From an uncultured bacterium (lineage in GTDB: Bacteria; Cyanobacteriota; Vampirovibrionia; Gastranaerophilales; JAILCC01): 64,000 bases of DNA. Below the pieces are notes generated by a model, which searched no databases, had not been told where the DNA came from, and saw nothing but the letters and a program-made list of their open reading frames with translations. This document shows, in pieces, positions 39,014-49,081 of the stretch. The stretch is taken from contig CASDUJ010000034.1 in NCBI GenBank assembly GCA_949283935.1, positions 57,885-121,884 on the forward strand, read 5' to 3'. Positions within the stretch are counted from its first letter, which is position 1; each line of letters begins with the position of its first letter. Position numbers and translations under genes: made by a program.

Positions 39014-40242
39014 TAACAGCTCAAAAAGGTACAAAAGACATATATGGGGAAGAGATTAACAAATGGCATTTTGTGGAAAATGCAATGAGAAAAATTTTTG
39101 AAAAAGCTAATTACCAAGAACTTAGAACCCCTATTTTCGAAGCAACAGAATTATTTGCTAGAGGAGTTGGAGATTCAACTGACATAGTAAACAAAGAAAT
39201 GTACACTTTTGAGCAAAAAGGAAGAAGCCTAACTTTACGTCCTGAAAATACTGCTGGAGTAGTGAGAGCTTATATTGAACATGGTATGCACAGACTAAGT
39301 CCGCCTGTAAAGTTTTATTACACAGGACCGATGTTTAGGTATGAACGCCCACAAGCAGGAAGGCAAAGACAATTTCATCAATTAGGAGTAGAAGTTTTCG
39401 GGATAGATGCTCCATCCGCAGATGCAGAAGTAATAGCAACCGCAATAACATTTTTAAATGAAATAGGTTTAAAAGATTTAGAATTAGAAATAAATTCATT
39501 AGGCTGCGAAAAATGTCGTTCAAATTTTAGAGAAAAACTAAAAGCAGCTATTTTACCTAGATTAGACAAATTTTGCGATGATTGTAAAATGCGTTACGAA
39601 AAAAATCCATTAAGAATGCTGGATTGTAAAAACTTAGAATGCCAAAGTTATTTGGCAGAAGAAAGCATTCAAAATGTAATAAAATCAGAATTTATATGTA
39701 CTGAATGCCAAGAACATTTTGAAAAACTAAAAAGTTATCTTGATGAATTAAACATAAAATATAATGTAAACAAATTACTTGTAAGAGGTTTAGATTATTA
39801 CAATCGAACAGTTTTTGAAATAAAAAGTAACTCTCTTGGTTCCCAAAATGCAGTTTGCGGGGGAGGGAGATACGATAGTCTTGTTGAAACTTTGGGGGGA
39901 ATAAAAACACCTGCTGTAGGCTGGGCAATGGGGATGGAAAGATTAATGGCACTAATTTCTGATTTTAAAGTTAGCAGACTTGATGCTTATATTATTTCTC
40001 AAAGCACAAAAGAAACATTAAAACTTGCTCAAATATTACGCCAAAAAGGATACAAAACAGAATTTGATATGCAGGGTAAAAATTTTTCTAAAGGATTTGA
40101 AAAAGCATTAAAATCAGGTGCGAAATACGCAATAATTTTGGGAGAAGATGAAATCTCTCAAAACAAAATTACCATAAAAAATCTTGATACAAAAGAGCAG
40201 CAAACCATTACTCTAGAAGAATTATTTAACAAAATAGAATAA
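39010..40242 (+). CDS. hisS: Histidine--tRNA ligase
   Basis: Class II motifs (GTKD, FRYERPQAGRQRQFHQ, GGGRYD) and a C-terminal anticodon-binding domain. ATGA overlap with manC. Confidence 0.95.
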   Translation: MITAQKGTKDIYGEEINKWHFVENAMRKIFEKANYQELRTPIFEATELFARGVGDSTDIVNKEMYTFEQKGRSLTLRPENTAGVVRAYIEHGMHRLSPPVKFYYTGPMFRYERPQAGRQRQFHQLGVEVFGIDAPSADAEVIATAITFLNEIGLKDLELEINSLGCEKCRSNFREKLKAAILPRLDKFCDDCKMRYEKNPLRMLDCKNLECQSYLAEESIQNVIKSEFICTECQEHFEKLKSYLDELNIKYNVNKLLVRGLDYYNRTVFEIKSNSLGSQNAVCGGGRYDSLVETLGGIKTPAVGWAMGMERLMALISDFKVSRLDAYIISQSTKETLKLAQILRQKGYKTEFDMQGKNFSKGFEKALKSGAKYAIILGEDEISQNKITIKNLDTKEQQTITLEELFNKIE

Positions 40243-40303
40243 TATCAACTACTATCTTTAGTGGTATCTTTTAAATTAAACATGTTTTTAGTATTCTGGA
40301 TAT

Positions 40304-41641
40304 ATGAACAATAAAAAACCGATAATTGCTATAATTGGACGTCCTAATGTAGGCAAATCAACTTTTACTAATCGTATTATAGGATCAAGAGAATCTATTG
40401 TTGATGATTTGCCCGGAGTAACGCGCGACAGAATATATTTTGATGTGGAATGGATTGGCAAAAAATTTAAAATTATAGATACAGGTGGAATTATTCCTGA
40501 TAGCAATGACGATATAATGCTTTCTATTTTTGACCAAGCTAAAATTGCAACAGAAGAAGCTGATGCAATTATTTTTATGGTAGATGCCAAAGAAGGAGTA
40601 AATGCTGCAGACTTTGACATTGTACAAATTTTAAGACAAAGCGGAAAAAAAATATTTTTAGCGGTAAACAAAATAGATACACCTGAGAGAATGGCATTAA
40701 TAAATGAATTTTACGAATTAGGTCTTGGAGATCCTTTTCCTATTTCAGCTTTGCACGGTTCAGGAGGAATTGGAGATTTACTTGATGAAATATTAAAAAT
40801 TTTACCAAAAATTGAAGAAACAGAAGAACAAAAGAAAATTAAAGTAGCAATTGTAGGCAAACCAAATGCAGGAAAATCCTCTCTTACTAATGCATTACTA
40901 GGTAAAAAAAGAGTTATAGTAAGTGATATAGCAGGAACTACAAGGGATACAATTGATTCAGAAATTACTATAAACAATCAAGAATACATTTTACTAGATA
41001 CAGCTGGAATAAGAAAAAAATCCAAAATTGAATATGGAATTGAAAAATTTGCCGTCTCAAGAGCAATTAAAGCTATAGAAAATTCTGACATAGTAATTTT
41101 AATGGTTGATGTAACAGAAGGTTTTACAGATCAAGACAAAAAAATAGTATCAATTACTCAAGAAGCCGGAAAAGGTCTTATTATAGCAATGAACAAATGG
41201 GATTTAATTACAAACAAAACCTCAACAACAATTAACACATACACAAAAAAACTAAGAGAAGAAGCTCCATATTTAGACTATGTTCCTATAATTTTTATAA
41301 GTGCAATAGAAAAACAAAGAATAACAAAGATTTTTGATTTAGTTAATGAAGTTTATGCACAAACGACTAAAAGAATTCCTACAAGTTTATTTAACAAAGT
41401 TATACTGGAAGCATATGCACTAAATCCTCCAATTACAGAAAAAAACAAACGACTAAGAATTTTTTATTCAACTCAAGTTAGCACAGAGCCTCCGGAATTT
41501 GTAGTATTTGTAAATGACTACACACTGGTAAAAGCTGGATATAAAAGATACATAGAAAAAAAATTGAGAGAAGCTTTCGGCTTTAGCGGAGTACCTTTTA
41601 AGGTATTTTTCAAAAACAGAAAAGAAAAGGAGAAAAAATAG
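40304..41641 (+). CDS. der: Ribosome-associated GTPase Der (EngA)
   Basis: Two tandem G domains (GRPNVGKST...NKID; GKPNAGKSS...NKWD) plus a KH-like C-terminus. Confidence 0.95.
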   Translation: MNNKKPIIAIIGRPNVGKSTFTNRIIGSRESIVDDLPGVTRDRIYFDVEWIGKKFKIIDTGGIIPDSNDDIMLSIFDQAKIATEEADAIIFMVDAKEGVNAADFDIVQILRQSGKKIFLAVNKIDTPERMALINEFYELGLGDPFPISALHGSGGIGDLLDEILKILPKIEETEEQKKIKVAIVGKPNAGKSSLTNALLGKKRVIVSDIAGTTRDTIDSEITINNQEYILLDTAGIRKKSKIEYGIEKFAVSRAIKAIENSDIVILMVDVTEGFTDQDKKIVSITQEAGKGLIIAMNKWDLITNKTSTTINTYTKKLREEAPYLDYVPIIFISAIEKQRITKIFDLVNEVYAQTTKRIPTSLFNKVILEAYALNPPITEKNKRLRIFYSTQVSTEPPEFVVFVNDYTLVKAGYKRYIEKKLREAFGFSGVPFKVFFKNRKEKEKK

Positions 41642-41644
41642 AAT

Positions 41645-42256
41645 ATGGAAATAATATGGAGTTTATTAGTAATAATAGGTGCATATTTACTAGGTTCATT
41701 CCCCACGGGATATTTATTGGTAAAATCCATAAAAGGAGAAGACATAAGACAAATAGGTTCCGGCAGTACGGGAGCTACTAATGTAAAAAGAGTTTTAGGT
41801 AAAAAAGGATTTTTAACCGTAATGATTATTGATGCAATCAAAGGATTTATTCCGGTATTTGTTGCAAAATATTTACAAACAAAATTTGGAATTTATCCCG
41901 ACACTGAATTACTGCCAATATTAGCATCAATTGGTGTAATAATTGGACACAGCAAATCAATTTTTTTAAAATTTACTGGCGGGAAATCAGTCGCAACAAC
42001 AGGAGGAACAATATTAGGATTAAATTGGCTTGTAGCAATTATCGCATTTATAATTTGGGCAAGCATATCATATATTTCTCGATATATTTCACTTGGCTCA
42101 ATAATAGGAGTTATATCTTTGCCAATACTTATGTACATATTCCAAGCTCCTTTATCCTACGTAATATACTGTGCAATTGCAGCAATTTATGTTATATATT
42201 TACATAGAGAAAACATAAAACGTTTATTAAAAGGAACGGAAAACAAAGTAAGATAA
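41645..42256 (+). CDS. plsY: Acyl-phosphate:glycerol-3-phosphate acyltransferase PlsY
   Basis: 203-aa multi-TM protein with GSGSTGATNV and KGGKSVAT-like (FTGGKSVATT) motifs. Confidence 0.9.
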   Translation: MEIIWSLLVIIGAYLLGSFPTGYLLVKSIKGEDIRQIGSGSTGATNVKRVLGKKGFLTVMIIDAIKGFIPVFVAKYLQTKFGIYPDTELLPILASIGVIIGHSKSIFLKFTGGKSVATTGGTILGLNWLVAIIAFIIWASISYISRYISLGSIIGVISLPILMYIFQAPLSYVIYCAIAAIYVIYLHRENIKRLLKGTENKVR

Positions 42257-42274
42257 TCATTTGGAGAAATTTAT

Positions 42275-43285
42275 ATGAAATTAGCAGTTTTAGGAGCAGG
42301 AAGCTGGGGATTAACTTTAGCTTGGATGTTAGAGGAGAATTTTGATGATATATACGTTTGGGGTAGAAGCGAAGATTTAACTCCATCATTTTTAGAAACC
42401 AAGAAAAAAACTTACCCAATAGAAGTTCAACTTCCTCAAAAAACAATAATTACTGACAACATTAAAGAAGCTATAGATAATGCCGAAATTATTCTTCTTG
42501 TAGTTTCTACTGCAGGTACAAGACCTGTTTGTGAATTGTTAAAAAAATCAGGTTTAAAATCATCACAAATTATTGTAAATGCATCAAAAGGAATAGAATT
42601 GCCAAGTTTAAAAACGCTTAGCAAAGTAATAAAAGAAGTTTTACCGGAAAATCATGTAGCTGTTTTATCAGGCCCCACACTTGCTGTTGAAGTTTTAAAA
42701 GGACTTCCGACTGCAGCAAGTATTGCTTGTGAAGATATTGAAATAGCAGCATATTTGCAAAAATATTTCAATGTACCAAACCGATTTAGAATATACACAA
42801 ACACTGATGTAATAGGAGTTGAACTTGGAGGTAGTTTAAAAAACGTAGTAGCAATTGCGTCAGGTTTTGTTGATGCAAAACATTTTGGGTGTAATTCTCG
42901 TGGAGCAATTTTGACAAGAGGTTTTGCTGAAATTGTGAGAATTGGACTTGCTTTAGGCGCAAATCCCAGTACTTTGTATGGTTTATCGGGTATGGGAGAT
43001 TTAATAGCAACTTGTTCAAGCCCATTAAGTAGAAACTACAGCGTAGGTTACAAATTGGGAGAAGGCAAAAAACTTGATGAAATTTTAAAAGAACTAGGTG
43101 CCATAGCAGAAGGGGTAAAAACATCTCAAGCACTTTGTGAACTTGCGAAAAAACTAGGAATGGAAACTCCATTATCTCAAACCGTATACGAAGCTGTTTA
43201 CACAGATATCTCACACGAACAATTGTTGTATAATTTAATGAATCGAAAATTTAAAAGCGAAGAAAGTTACACATTAAAAAAATAA
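42275..43285 (+). CDS. gpsA: NAD(P)H-dependent glycerol-3-phosphate dehydrogenase
   Basis: VLGAGSWG Rossmann, GSLKNV, GMGDL..TC motifs. Confidence 0.93.
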   Translation: MKLAVLGAGSWGLTLAWMLEENFDDIYVWGRSEDLTPSFLETKKKTYPIEVQLPQKTIITDNIKEAIDNAEIILLVVSTAGTRPVCELLKKSGLKSSQIIVNASKGIELPSLKTLSKVIKEVLPENHVAVLSGPTLAVEVLKGLPTAASIACEDIEIAAYLQKYFNVPNRFRIYTNTDVIGVELGGSLKNVVAIASGFVDAKHFGCNSRGAILTRGFAEIVRIGLALGANPSTLYGLSGMGDLIATCSSPLSRNYSVGYKLGEGKKLDEILKELGAIAEGVKTSQALCELAKKLGMETPLSQTVYEAVYTDISHEQLLYNLMNRKFKSEESYTLKK

Positions 43286-43344
43286 TGTATTAAATTGACG
43301 TTTTTAAAACACAAAAGTTTTATAATTTTACTAAAGGTGAAATT

Positions 43345-43518
43345 ATGGAAAAAAGAAAATATTTAGGAATACAATTTGATTGCTGCGGGGTATACGCAAG
43401 AATTTACCAAAACAAAGAAGGTACAGCATACATAGGCAGATGTCCAAAATGTTTGAGAACAGTTAGAATTAAAATCGGTGAAGGCGGAACGACCAACAGA
43501 TTTTTCAGAGCAATATAA
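43345..43518 (+). CDS. Small (57 aa) Cys4 zinc-ribbon-like protein, below the ORF-track cutoff
   Basis: ATG 43345 is preceded by an AAAGGTGA SD (4 nt spacer) and a TATAAT at 43321-43326. Translation MEKRKYLGIQFDCCGVYARIYQNKEGTAYIGRCPKCLRTVRIKIGEGGTTNRFFRAI has CC...CxxC. An AT-rich hairpin follows the stop. Confidence 0.6.
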   Translation: MEKRKYLGIQFDCCGVYARIYQNKEGTAYIGRCPKCLRTVRIKIGEGGTTNRFFRAI

Positions 43519-43642
43519 TACATTTTGACAAAATGTAGAGCAATTTTGTTTACTAAACTAAATTAAAACACTAACCAAAATAACAATTTTTTCAAACAAA
43601 AAACCTTTATTAAGATATAAAGGTTTCGAAGGTAGTTTAAAC

Positions 43643-43819
43643 ATGTACGGAAATATTAGACGCTCAAATATACAAGGAACCCAAGGTCTTGTTCCAATTG
43701 ATGCCGTTAAACAAATAGTAAATGAAATTACAAATCCAATTAAACCTGAAAAACTTATAGAAGGAGATGGAGGAGCATATCGATCTTATTGTTTTAATAT
43801 TTTAAATTCAAAGAAATAA
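43643..43819 (+). CDS. Small (58 aa) hypothetical protein
   Basis: ATG 43643 with a GAAGGTAG SD 7 nt upstream. Translation MYGNIRRSNIQGTQGLVPIDAVKQIVNEITNPIKPEKLIEGDGGAYRSYCFNILNSKK. No homology recognised. Confidence 0.4.
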   Translation: MYGNIRRSNIQGTQGLVPIDAVKQIVNEITNPIKPEKLIEGDGGAYRSYCFNILNSKK

Positions 43820-43882
43820 AATTTTAATAACAATTTTAAAATTTTTCAGGTTTAATGTATAAAATTATAATTAGAAAAAGAC

Positions 43883-44350
43883 ATGCGCATATACACAATT
43901 TCGTCAACAAAAATAAATAAAAAGAATTCTTTTGGAGCAGAATTTTCAGAAGATTTTTACCCTGCTTTGGATAAAGTATTAAACAAAGTTTTCACAGTTG
44001 AAAAGGCACTTGATAAAAGAGCAATAAAATATTTTCCCAAAACCAGATATCAAAGTGTTAAGAAGCGTTTACAGAGCAGTTTAAATGCTATAGACAAAGC
44101 CTTTTCGGATACACAAACGACAATCTATCCATACATTAACTCTAAAGAGCAAAAAGGATATTTTGCTATAAACACGAGCAAAAGCAGACATTTATTAGCT
44201 CCAATAAAGTTATTACAAGGAATTAGTTACCCGGAAAATATAAAAATTCAATTAGGTGACATAGAACTTTTAGCATACAATCTTCAATCATTAGAAAAAA
44301 GGGGAAATTGGCTAAAAAAATTAAAAGAATTTTTAATAAAGAAACTTTAA
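43883..44350 (+). CDS. Hypothetical 155-aa basic protein
   Basis: A TATAAT lies about 12 nt upstream of the ATG, so the leader is near-absent. No motif recognised apart from the N-terminal KKNSFG. Confidence 0.55.
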   Translation: MRIYTISSTKINKKNSFGAEFSEDFYPALDKVLNKVFTVEKALDKRAIKYFPKTRYQSVKKRLQSSLNAIDKAFSDTQTTIYPYINSKEQKGYFAINTSKSRHLLAPIKLLQGISYPENIKIQLGDIELLAYNLQSLEKRGNWLKKLKEFLIKKL

Positions 44351-44358
44351 AATTTTAC

Positions 44359-44387
44359 TTGTGTACAGTTAAAACTCATGTCATAAT
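44359..44387 (+). promoter_or_regulatory. Candidate promoter for rny (-35 TTGTGT, extended -10 TGTCATAAT)
   Basis: 17-nt spacing. It leaves a ~110 nt leader containing the hairpin CGCAGA-CCAGT-TCTGCG. Confidence 0.4.
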
Positions 44388-44503
44388 AAAATTAGTTAGA
44401 TAGTCGAAATTGCAAAATGAATTCAATAGATATATCATAACTAAATATAGCTAAAACGCAGACCAGTTCTGCGATATTGTCATAGAATAAAAAGAGGTAT
44501 GTC

Positions 44504-46045
44504 ATGGAACCAACAATGATTATACTGGCTGTTTTAGGGCTATGCATTCTTATATATGCAATAGTTTTACAAATCAAGCTAAGTGAACAATCCAAGTCCA
44601 TAAAAGACATGGACAGAATTAACCAACAAAAATTGAGAGAAGTTGAAGAACAAATAGCTATTCAAAAAAAAGAAGCCTTACTTTTTGCCAAGGAAGCATT
44701 ACACGAGCAAAGGGAAGAATTTGAAAGAGAAGTAAAATCGAGAAGAAATGAAATAGTGAAACTTGAAGATAAACTTGCTCAAAGAGAAGACAAAATAGAA
44801 AACAAAATACAAGAACTAACTGACAAAGAAGAAGCTTACAACAAAAAGATGGACGAATTATATGAGAAAGAAGATATTTTAGCAGATTTAGTTCAAAAAC
44901 AAACAGAAGAACTTCAGCGAGTTTCTTGTATGTCACAAGAAGAAGCAAGAAATATTCTTTTGCAGCAAATAGATAAAGATTTAACACATGAATACGCAGT
45001 AAAAATAAGAGAAAATGAAGAAAGAATTAAGCAAGATGCAGAAATTAAGGCGAGAGAAATAATAGGAAATTGCATGCAAAGATGTGCAATAGAACATGTT
45101 ATAGAAAGCTCAGTTTCAGTAGTAAGCTTACCAAATGATGAAATGAAAGGTAGAATTATTGGTAGAGAAGGAAGAAACATCAGAGCCTTAGAAACATCAA
45201 CAGGAGTAGATTTAATCATAGATGACACACCAGAAGCAGTTGTTTTATCTTGTCTTGATCCTGTTAAAAGAGAAATAGCAAGAACTGCTTTAGAAACTTT
45301 AATTGCAGACGGAAGAATTCATCCGGTAAGAATTGAAGAAGTAGTAGAAAAATCAAGGAAACAAATTGAGCAAAAAATGCAAAAAGAAGGGGAAAATGCA
45401 GCTGCTCAATTAGGAATAGTTAATTTGCACCCAGAACTAATAAAACTTCTTGGCAGATTATATTTTAGAACAAGTTACGGTCAAAATGTTTTGACCCACT
45501 CACTTGAAGTAGGTCATTTGTCTGGAATGATTGCCACAGAATTTGGGATAGATCCTGAGATAGCAAAGAGAGCAGGTCTTTTGCATGATATAGGAAAAGC
45601 TGTAGACCAGACACAAGAAGGCACTCATATTCAACTTGGAGTAGAACTTGCAAGAAAATATGGAGAAAAAGAACAGATTGTACATGCAATAGAAGCTCAT
45701 CATGATGATATTCCCGCAAATACAATGGAAGCTAATATTGTAAAAATTGCAGATGCAATGAGTGCAGGCAGACCAGGAGCACGAAGAGATACATTAGAAA
45801 TTTACATAAAACGTATTCAAAAACTTGAAGAAATTGCAACAAGTTTCGAGGGAATTAAACGTTCATTTGCAGTACAATCCGGTCGCGAAGTCAGAGTTAT
45901 AGTTGAGCCGACAATTGTAAATGATGATATGAGCGTAAAACTTGCAAGAGATATAGCTAATAGAATTGAATCAGAACTTGATTACCCAGGTCAAATAAGA
46001 GTAACGGTTATAAGAGAAGTAAGAAATACGGAAGTTGCGAAATAA
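44504..46045 (+). CDS. rny: Ribonuclease Y
   Basis: N-terminal TM, long coiled-coil, KH domain (GRIIGREGRNIRALE), and HD domain (LLHDIGKA). Confidence 0.95.
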   Translation: MEPTMIILAVLGLCILIYAIVLQIKLSEQSKSIKDMDRINQQKLREVEEQIAIQKKEALLFAKEALHEQREEFEREVKSRRNEIVKLEDKLAQREDKIENKIQELTDKEEAYNKKMDELYEKEDILADLVQKQTEELQRVSCMSQEEARNILLQQIDKDLTHEYAVKIRENEERIKQDAEIKAREIIGNCMQRCAIEHVIESSVSVVSLPNDEMKGRIIGREGRNIRALETSTGVDLIIDDTPEAVVLSCLDPVKREIARTALETLIADGRIHPVRIEEVVEKSRKQIEQKMQKEGENAAAQLGIVNLHPELIKLLGRLYFRTSYGQNVLTHSLEVGHLSGMIATEFGIDPEIAKRAGLLHDIGKAVDQTQEGTHIQLGVELARKYGEKEQIVHAIEAHHDDIPANTMEANIVKIADAMSAGRPGARRDTLEIYIKRIQKLEEIATSFEGIKRSFAVQSGREVRVIVEPTIVNDDMSVKLARDIANRIESELDYPGQIRVTVIREVRNTEVAK

Positions 46046-46863
46046 TGGAACAAAACAGCGTAGAAATACTTTTTATTGGTGACATAGTAGGCAGACCAGG
46101 AAGAAGAATTGTAAAAGACTATTTAGAACAGAATCAATTTGATTTTGTAATAGCTAATGTAGAAAATGCTTCTCATGGTTTTGGATTAACTAAAAGAAAT
46201 CACGAAGAAATAAAAAGCTACGGAGTAAATGCTATGACTTCTGGAAATCATATATGGGATAAAAAAGAAATTTTTGAATACATAAATGATTCAGACACAC
46301 TCATAAGACCTTTAAATTATCCTAATTGTGAGTGGGGAAAAGGTTTTAGGACATTTGATGTATGCGGAATAAAAATTACTGTAACTAATTTACTTGGCAG
46401 AACATTTATGGCTCCAATTGATTCACCTTTTGAGGTTTTAAGAAAATTAGTTGAAGATATAAAGGGAAAGACAGATTTAATTTTTGTAGATTTCCACGCA
46501 GAAGCGACAGCTGAAAAAACATCTTTGTGCCATTACGCCAAACAATTAGGAGTCAATGCTATTTTAGGCACACACACACATATACAAACTGCAGACGAAA
46601 CAATATACGATGGGAAAATGGTATACATAACAGATGTAGGATGTTGCGGGGCAGCTCAAAGTATTATAGGAATGGATGTAGAAACTTCAATCAAAAGATG
46701 GTTAACATGTATTCACGACAGGCTTGATGTATCAGATTCAAATAAAGCACAATTTAATGGAATAAAATTTAAATTTAATAAAATAACGCTTTGTTGTGAA
46801 GAAATCCAAAGAATTTCATTTATAAAAGATTTCAGTGAGGTAAAAGATATGAAAGGAAGTTAA
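46045..46863 (+). CDS. ymdB: YmdB-family metallophosphoesterase (2',3'-cyclic-nucleotide phosphodiesterase)
   Basis: GDIVGRPGR, NVENASHG, GNH and DFHAEATAEK motifs. TAATG overlap with rny reproduces the rny-ymdB synteny known in Firmicutes. Confidence 0.9.
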   Translation: MEQNSVEILFIGDIVGRPGRRIVKDYLEQNQFDFVIANVENASHGFGLTKRNHEEIKSYGVNAMTSGNHIWDKKEIFEYINDSDTLIRPLNYPNCEWGKGFRTFDVCGIKITVTNLLGRTFMAPIDSPFEVLRKLVEDIKGKTDLIFVDFHAEATAEKTSLCHYAKQLGVNAILGTHTHIQTADETIYDGKMVYITDVGCCGAAQSIIGMDVETSIKRWLTCIHDRLDVSDSNKAQFNGIKFKFNKITLCCEEIQRISFIKDFSEVKDMKGS

Positions 46864-46864
46864 A

Positions 46865-47716
46865 GTGAAGCTTGATTTACATGTTCACAGCACATACTCA
46901 GATGGCGCTTACACTCCGCAAATGTTGATAGATACAGCGTCTACAATTGGCTTGGATGTTATTTCAATAACAGATCACGACAATATTCTTTCTTATGATA
47001 TTGCAAAAAATTATATCAAAGAAAAAAACTTAGATATGGAAATTCTTCCGGGAGTAGAAATAAATACTTTATATAATAATGAAGAAATTCATATTCTGGG
47101 CTATTTTATGGACTTTGAGAACAGGAATTTTAAAAAAATGCTAAAAGAGCAACAGCATGCCCGTATAGCACAAACTCATAAAATAGTAGAATTATTAAAC
47201 AAAAAGGCAAATATACCCGTTACATTTGAACAAATTAATAATTACGTAGCAAAAGGAGGAAGCATAGGACGTCCTCATATAGCAAAAGCTATTGTTGTAG
47301 CAGGCGGAGCTCAAAACGTAATGCAAGCATATGCTAAATACATTAATGACGATTCTGATGTATACATTCAAAGAGAAACCGTTACTCCACACGATGCGGT
47401 AGAAATAATATATGAAGCAGGAGGAATACCGGTTGTAGCTCATCCTTGTGATATAGCGAATCCTGAAAAACTTGTAACAGACTTAATGAATTATGGACTT
47501 AGAGGAATAGAAGCTTATCACAGAAAGCATTCTCCGGCTATGGTAGAATATTATTCATCCATGGCAGAAAAATATGGTCTTATTGTGACAGGTGGTTCAG
47601 ATTTTCACAGTCCAAACAACAATAACATCATATATCTAGGAAAAATTTTCATTCCTGATTGGGTATACACAAATTTAAAGAAAGAAAAAGAACATATAGA
47701 AATTGCAGGAATTTAA
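46865..47716 (+). CDS. PHP-domain phosphoesterase (TrpH/YciV-like)
   Basis: GTG start with an AAAGGAAG SD. DLHVHSTYSDG, ITDHD, and C-terminal GGSDFH. Confidence 0.85.
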   Translation: MKLDLHVHSTYSDGAYTPQMLIDTASTIGLDVISITDHDNILSYDIAKNYIKEKNLDMEILPGVEINTLYNNEEIHILGYFMDFENRNFKKMLKEQQHARIAQTHKIVELLNKKANIPVTFEQINNYVAKGGSIGRPHIAKAIVVAGGAQNVMQAYAKYINDDSDVYIQRETVTPHDAVEIIYEAGGIPVVAHPCDIANPEKLVTDLMNYGLRGIEAYHRKHSPAMVEYYSSMAEKYGLIVTGGSDFHSPNNNNIIYLGKIFIPDWVYTNLKKEKEHIEIAGI

Positions 47717-47731
47717 ACAAAGGAGCAAATA

Positions 47732-49081
47732 ATGTTTGAAAAATTTACCGAAAAAGCAATCAAAGTAATGACTGATGCGCAAAAAGAAGCATTAAACTTC
47801 AAACATGCCAAATTATACCCAGAACATATTTTCCTTGCAATTTTAAAACAAAAATCAGGAATAGCATCAAAATTTCTCAAAGCCTCAGGAATGAATTATG
47901 AATTTGTAAAACATGAACTAAGCAAGCTAAATCTTGAAAAAAACGGAAAAATTCAAGATATATTACCATTTAGTGAAGATTTAAAACATGTTTTGAAGCT
48001 TGCTTGGGATAAATCAATTGAAATGCAGAATCACTCTATTATGCCTGAGCATCTTTTTTTAGCAATTATTGATAATAAAAACATAAATATATTAAAATTA
48101 TTCAACAGTTTTGATGTAGACATAGCAAGAATTAAAAATTCTACAGAACGAATAGTTCAGAAAAAAACTCAAAATAATACTCATCCTGAATTTACAAATA
48201 GAAAATACAACAATGAAAATTCAATCCAAATAAATTTAAATTATATATTAGAAGATGAAAACACAAAAGAAATATTTATAAGTGCAAATGAATTTACGCA
48301 TCATTCAAACTTCGAAGCTATTGGAAGTGCTCAAATTTTAAGTGCAGTATTAGATGATGACATAGGACATTTTTTTGATGAAATTGGAGTAGACAAGGAA
48401 AAATTAATAGAAGAATTAAACAAACCTCTCCACAGAAAATCTGATTATGATACAGATTTTTTGTATACTCCAAAAGCTAGGGAAATTATTTTTTCTGCCA
48501 TTGATTTAGCCAAAGAATCAGGTTCATCTTGCGTTTACCCAGAACATATACTTGGAGGAATATTAAAAAGCCGTTCAGGAAGTGCTTACAAAGTTTTAAA
48601 AGAACAAAATATAAACATAAAATTATTACAACAAAAAGTTAACAACAAAATTGAGCAACAAAAAACAGCTTCTATGCAAATTTTAAAATTTGCAAAACAA
48701 GAAGCTTTAAGACTAGGTCATAATGTTGTAGGCTCAGAATTATTGCTTTTAGGCATTATTATGGAAGAAAATGGCATAGGGGCAAAAGTTTTAAATGAAC
48801 TTGGAATTACTATGAAAGATGCAAGAAAAATTGTAGAAAATTTAATAGGTTATGGAAATAACTATGACGCACATAATTTTTCCATTTCTTCTCGTGCCAA
48901 AAAAGTTATAGATAATGCTTGGATTGAAGCCAAAAATTCAGGGAAAGAAAGAATAGATTCAGAGCATATTCTTCTTGGAATAATAAAGGAACAAGATTGC
49001 GTAGCCAATAAAGTTTTAGCAGCTTTGGGAACCGATGCTGTTGAAATTAAACAAGGAATTAAACAACATATTTGTTCTTAG
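47732..49081 (+). CDS. Protein built only of Clp N-terminal (Clp_N/R) repeat domains, no AAA+ module
   Basis: Six half-repeats recognisable by eye (PEHIFLAIL, PEHLFLAII, AQILSAVL, PEHILGGIL, SELLLLGII, SEHILLGII), giving about three Clp_N domains. No Walker motifs. Confidence 0.75.
   Translation: MFEKFTEKAIKVMTDAQKEALNFKHAKLYPEHIFLAILKQKSGIASKFLKASGMNYEFVKHELSKLNLEKNGKIQDILPFSEDLKHVLKLAWDKSIEMQNHSIMPEHLFLAIIDNKNINILKLFNSFDVDIARIKNSTERIVQKKTQNNTHPEFTNRKYNNENSIQINLNYILEDENTKEIFISANEFTHHSNFEAIGSAQILSAVLDDDIGHFFDEIGVDKEKLIEELNKPLHRKSDYDTDFLYTPKAREIIFSAIDLAKESGSSCVYPEHILGGILKSRSGSAYKVLKEQNINIKLLQQKVNNKIEQQKTASMQILKFAKQEALRLGHNVVGSELLLLGIIMEENGIGAKVLNELGITMKDARKIVENLIGYGNNYDAHNFSISSRAKKVIDNAWIEAKNSGKERIDSEHILLGIIKEQDCVANKVLAALGTDAVEIKQGIKQHICS

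Noticed and set aside
40288-40671. 127-aa minus-strand ORF overlapping the der 5' region, and similar antisense ORFs at 28319-28726, 42786-43214, 38767-39117 and 44658-45228
   Set aside because: All are antisense to genes with unmistakable conserved motifs (der, mraY, gpsA, manC/hisS, rny), and all lack SDs.
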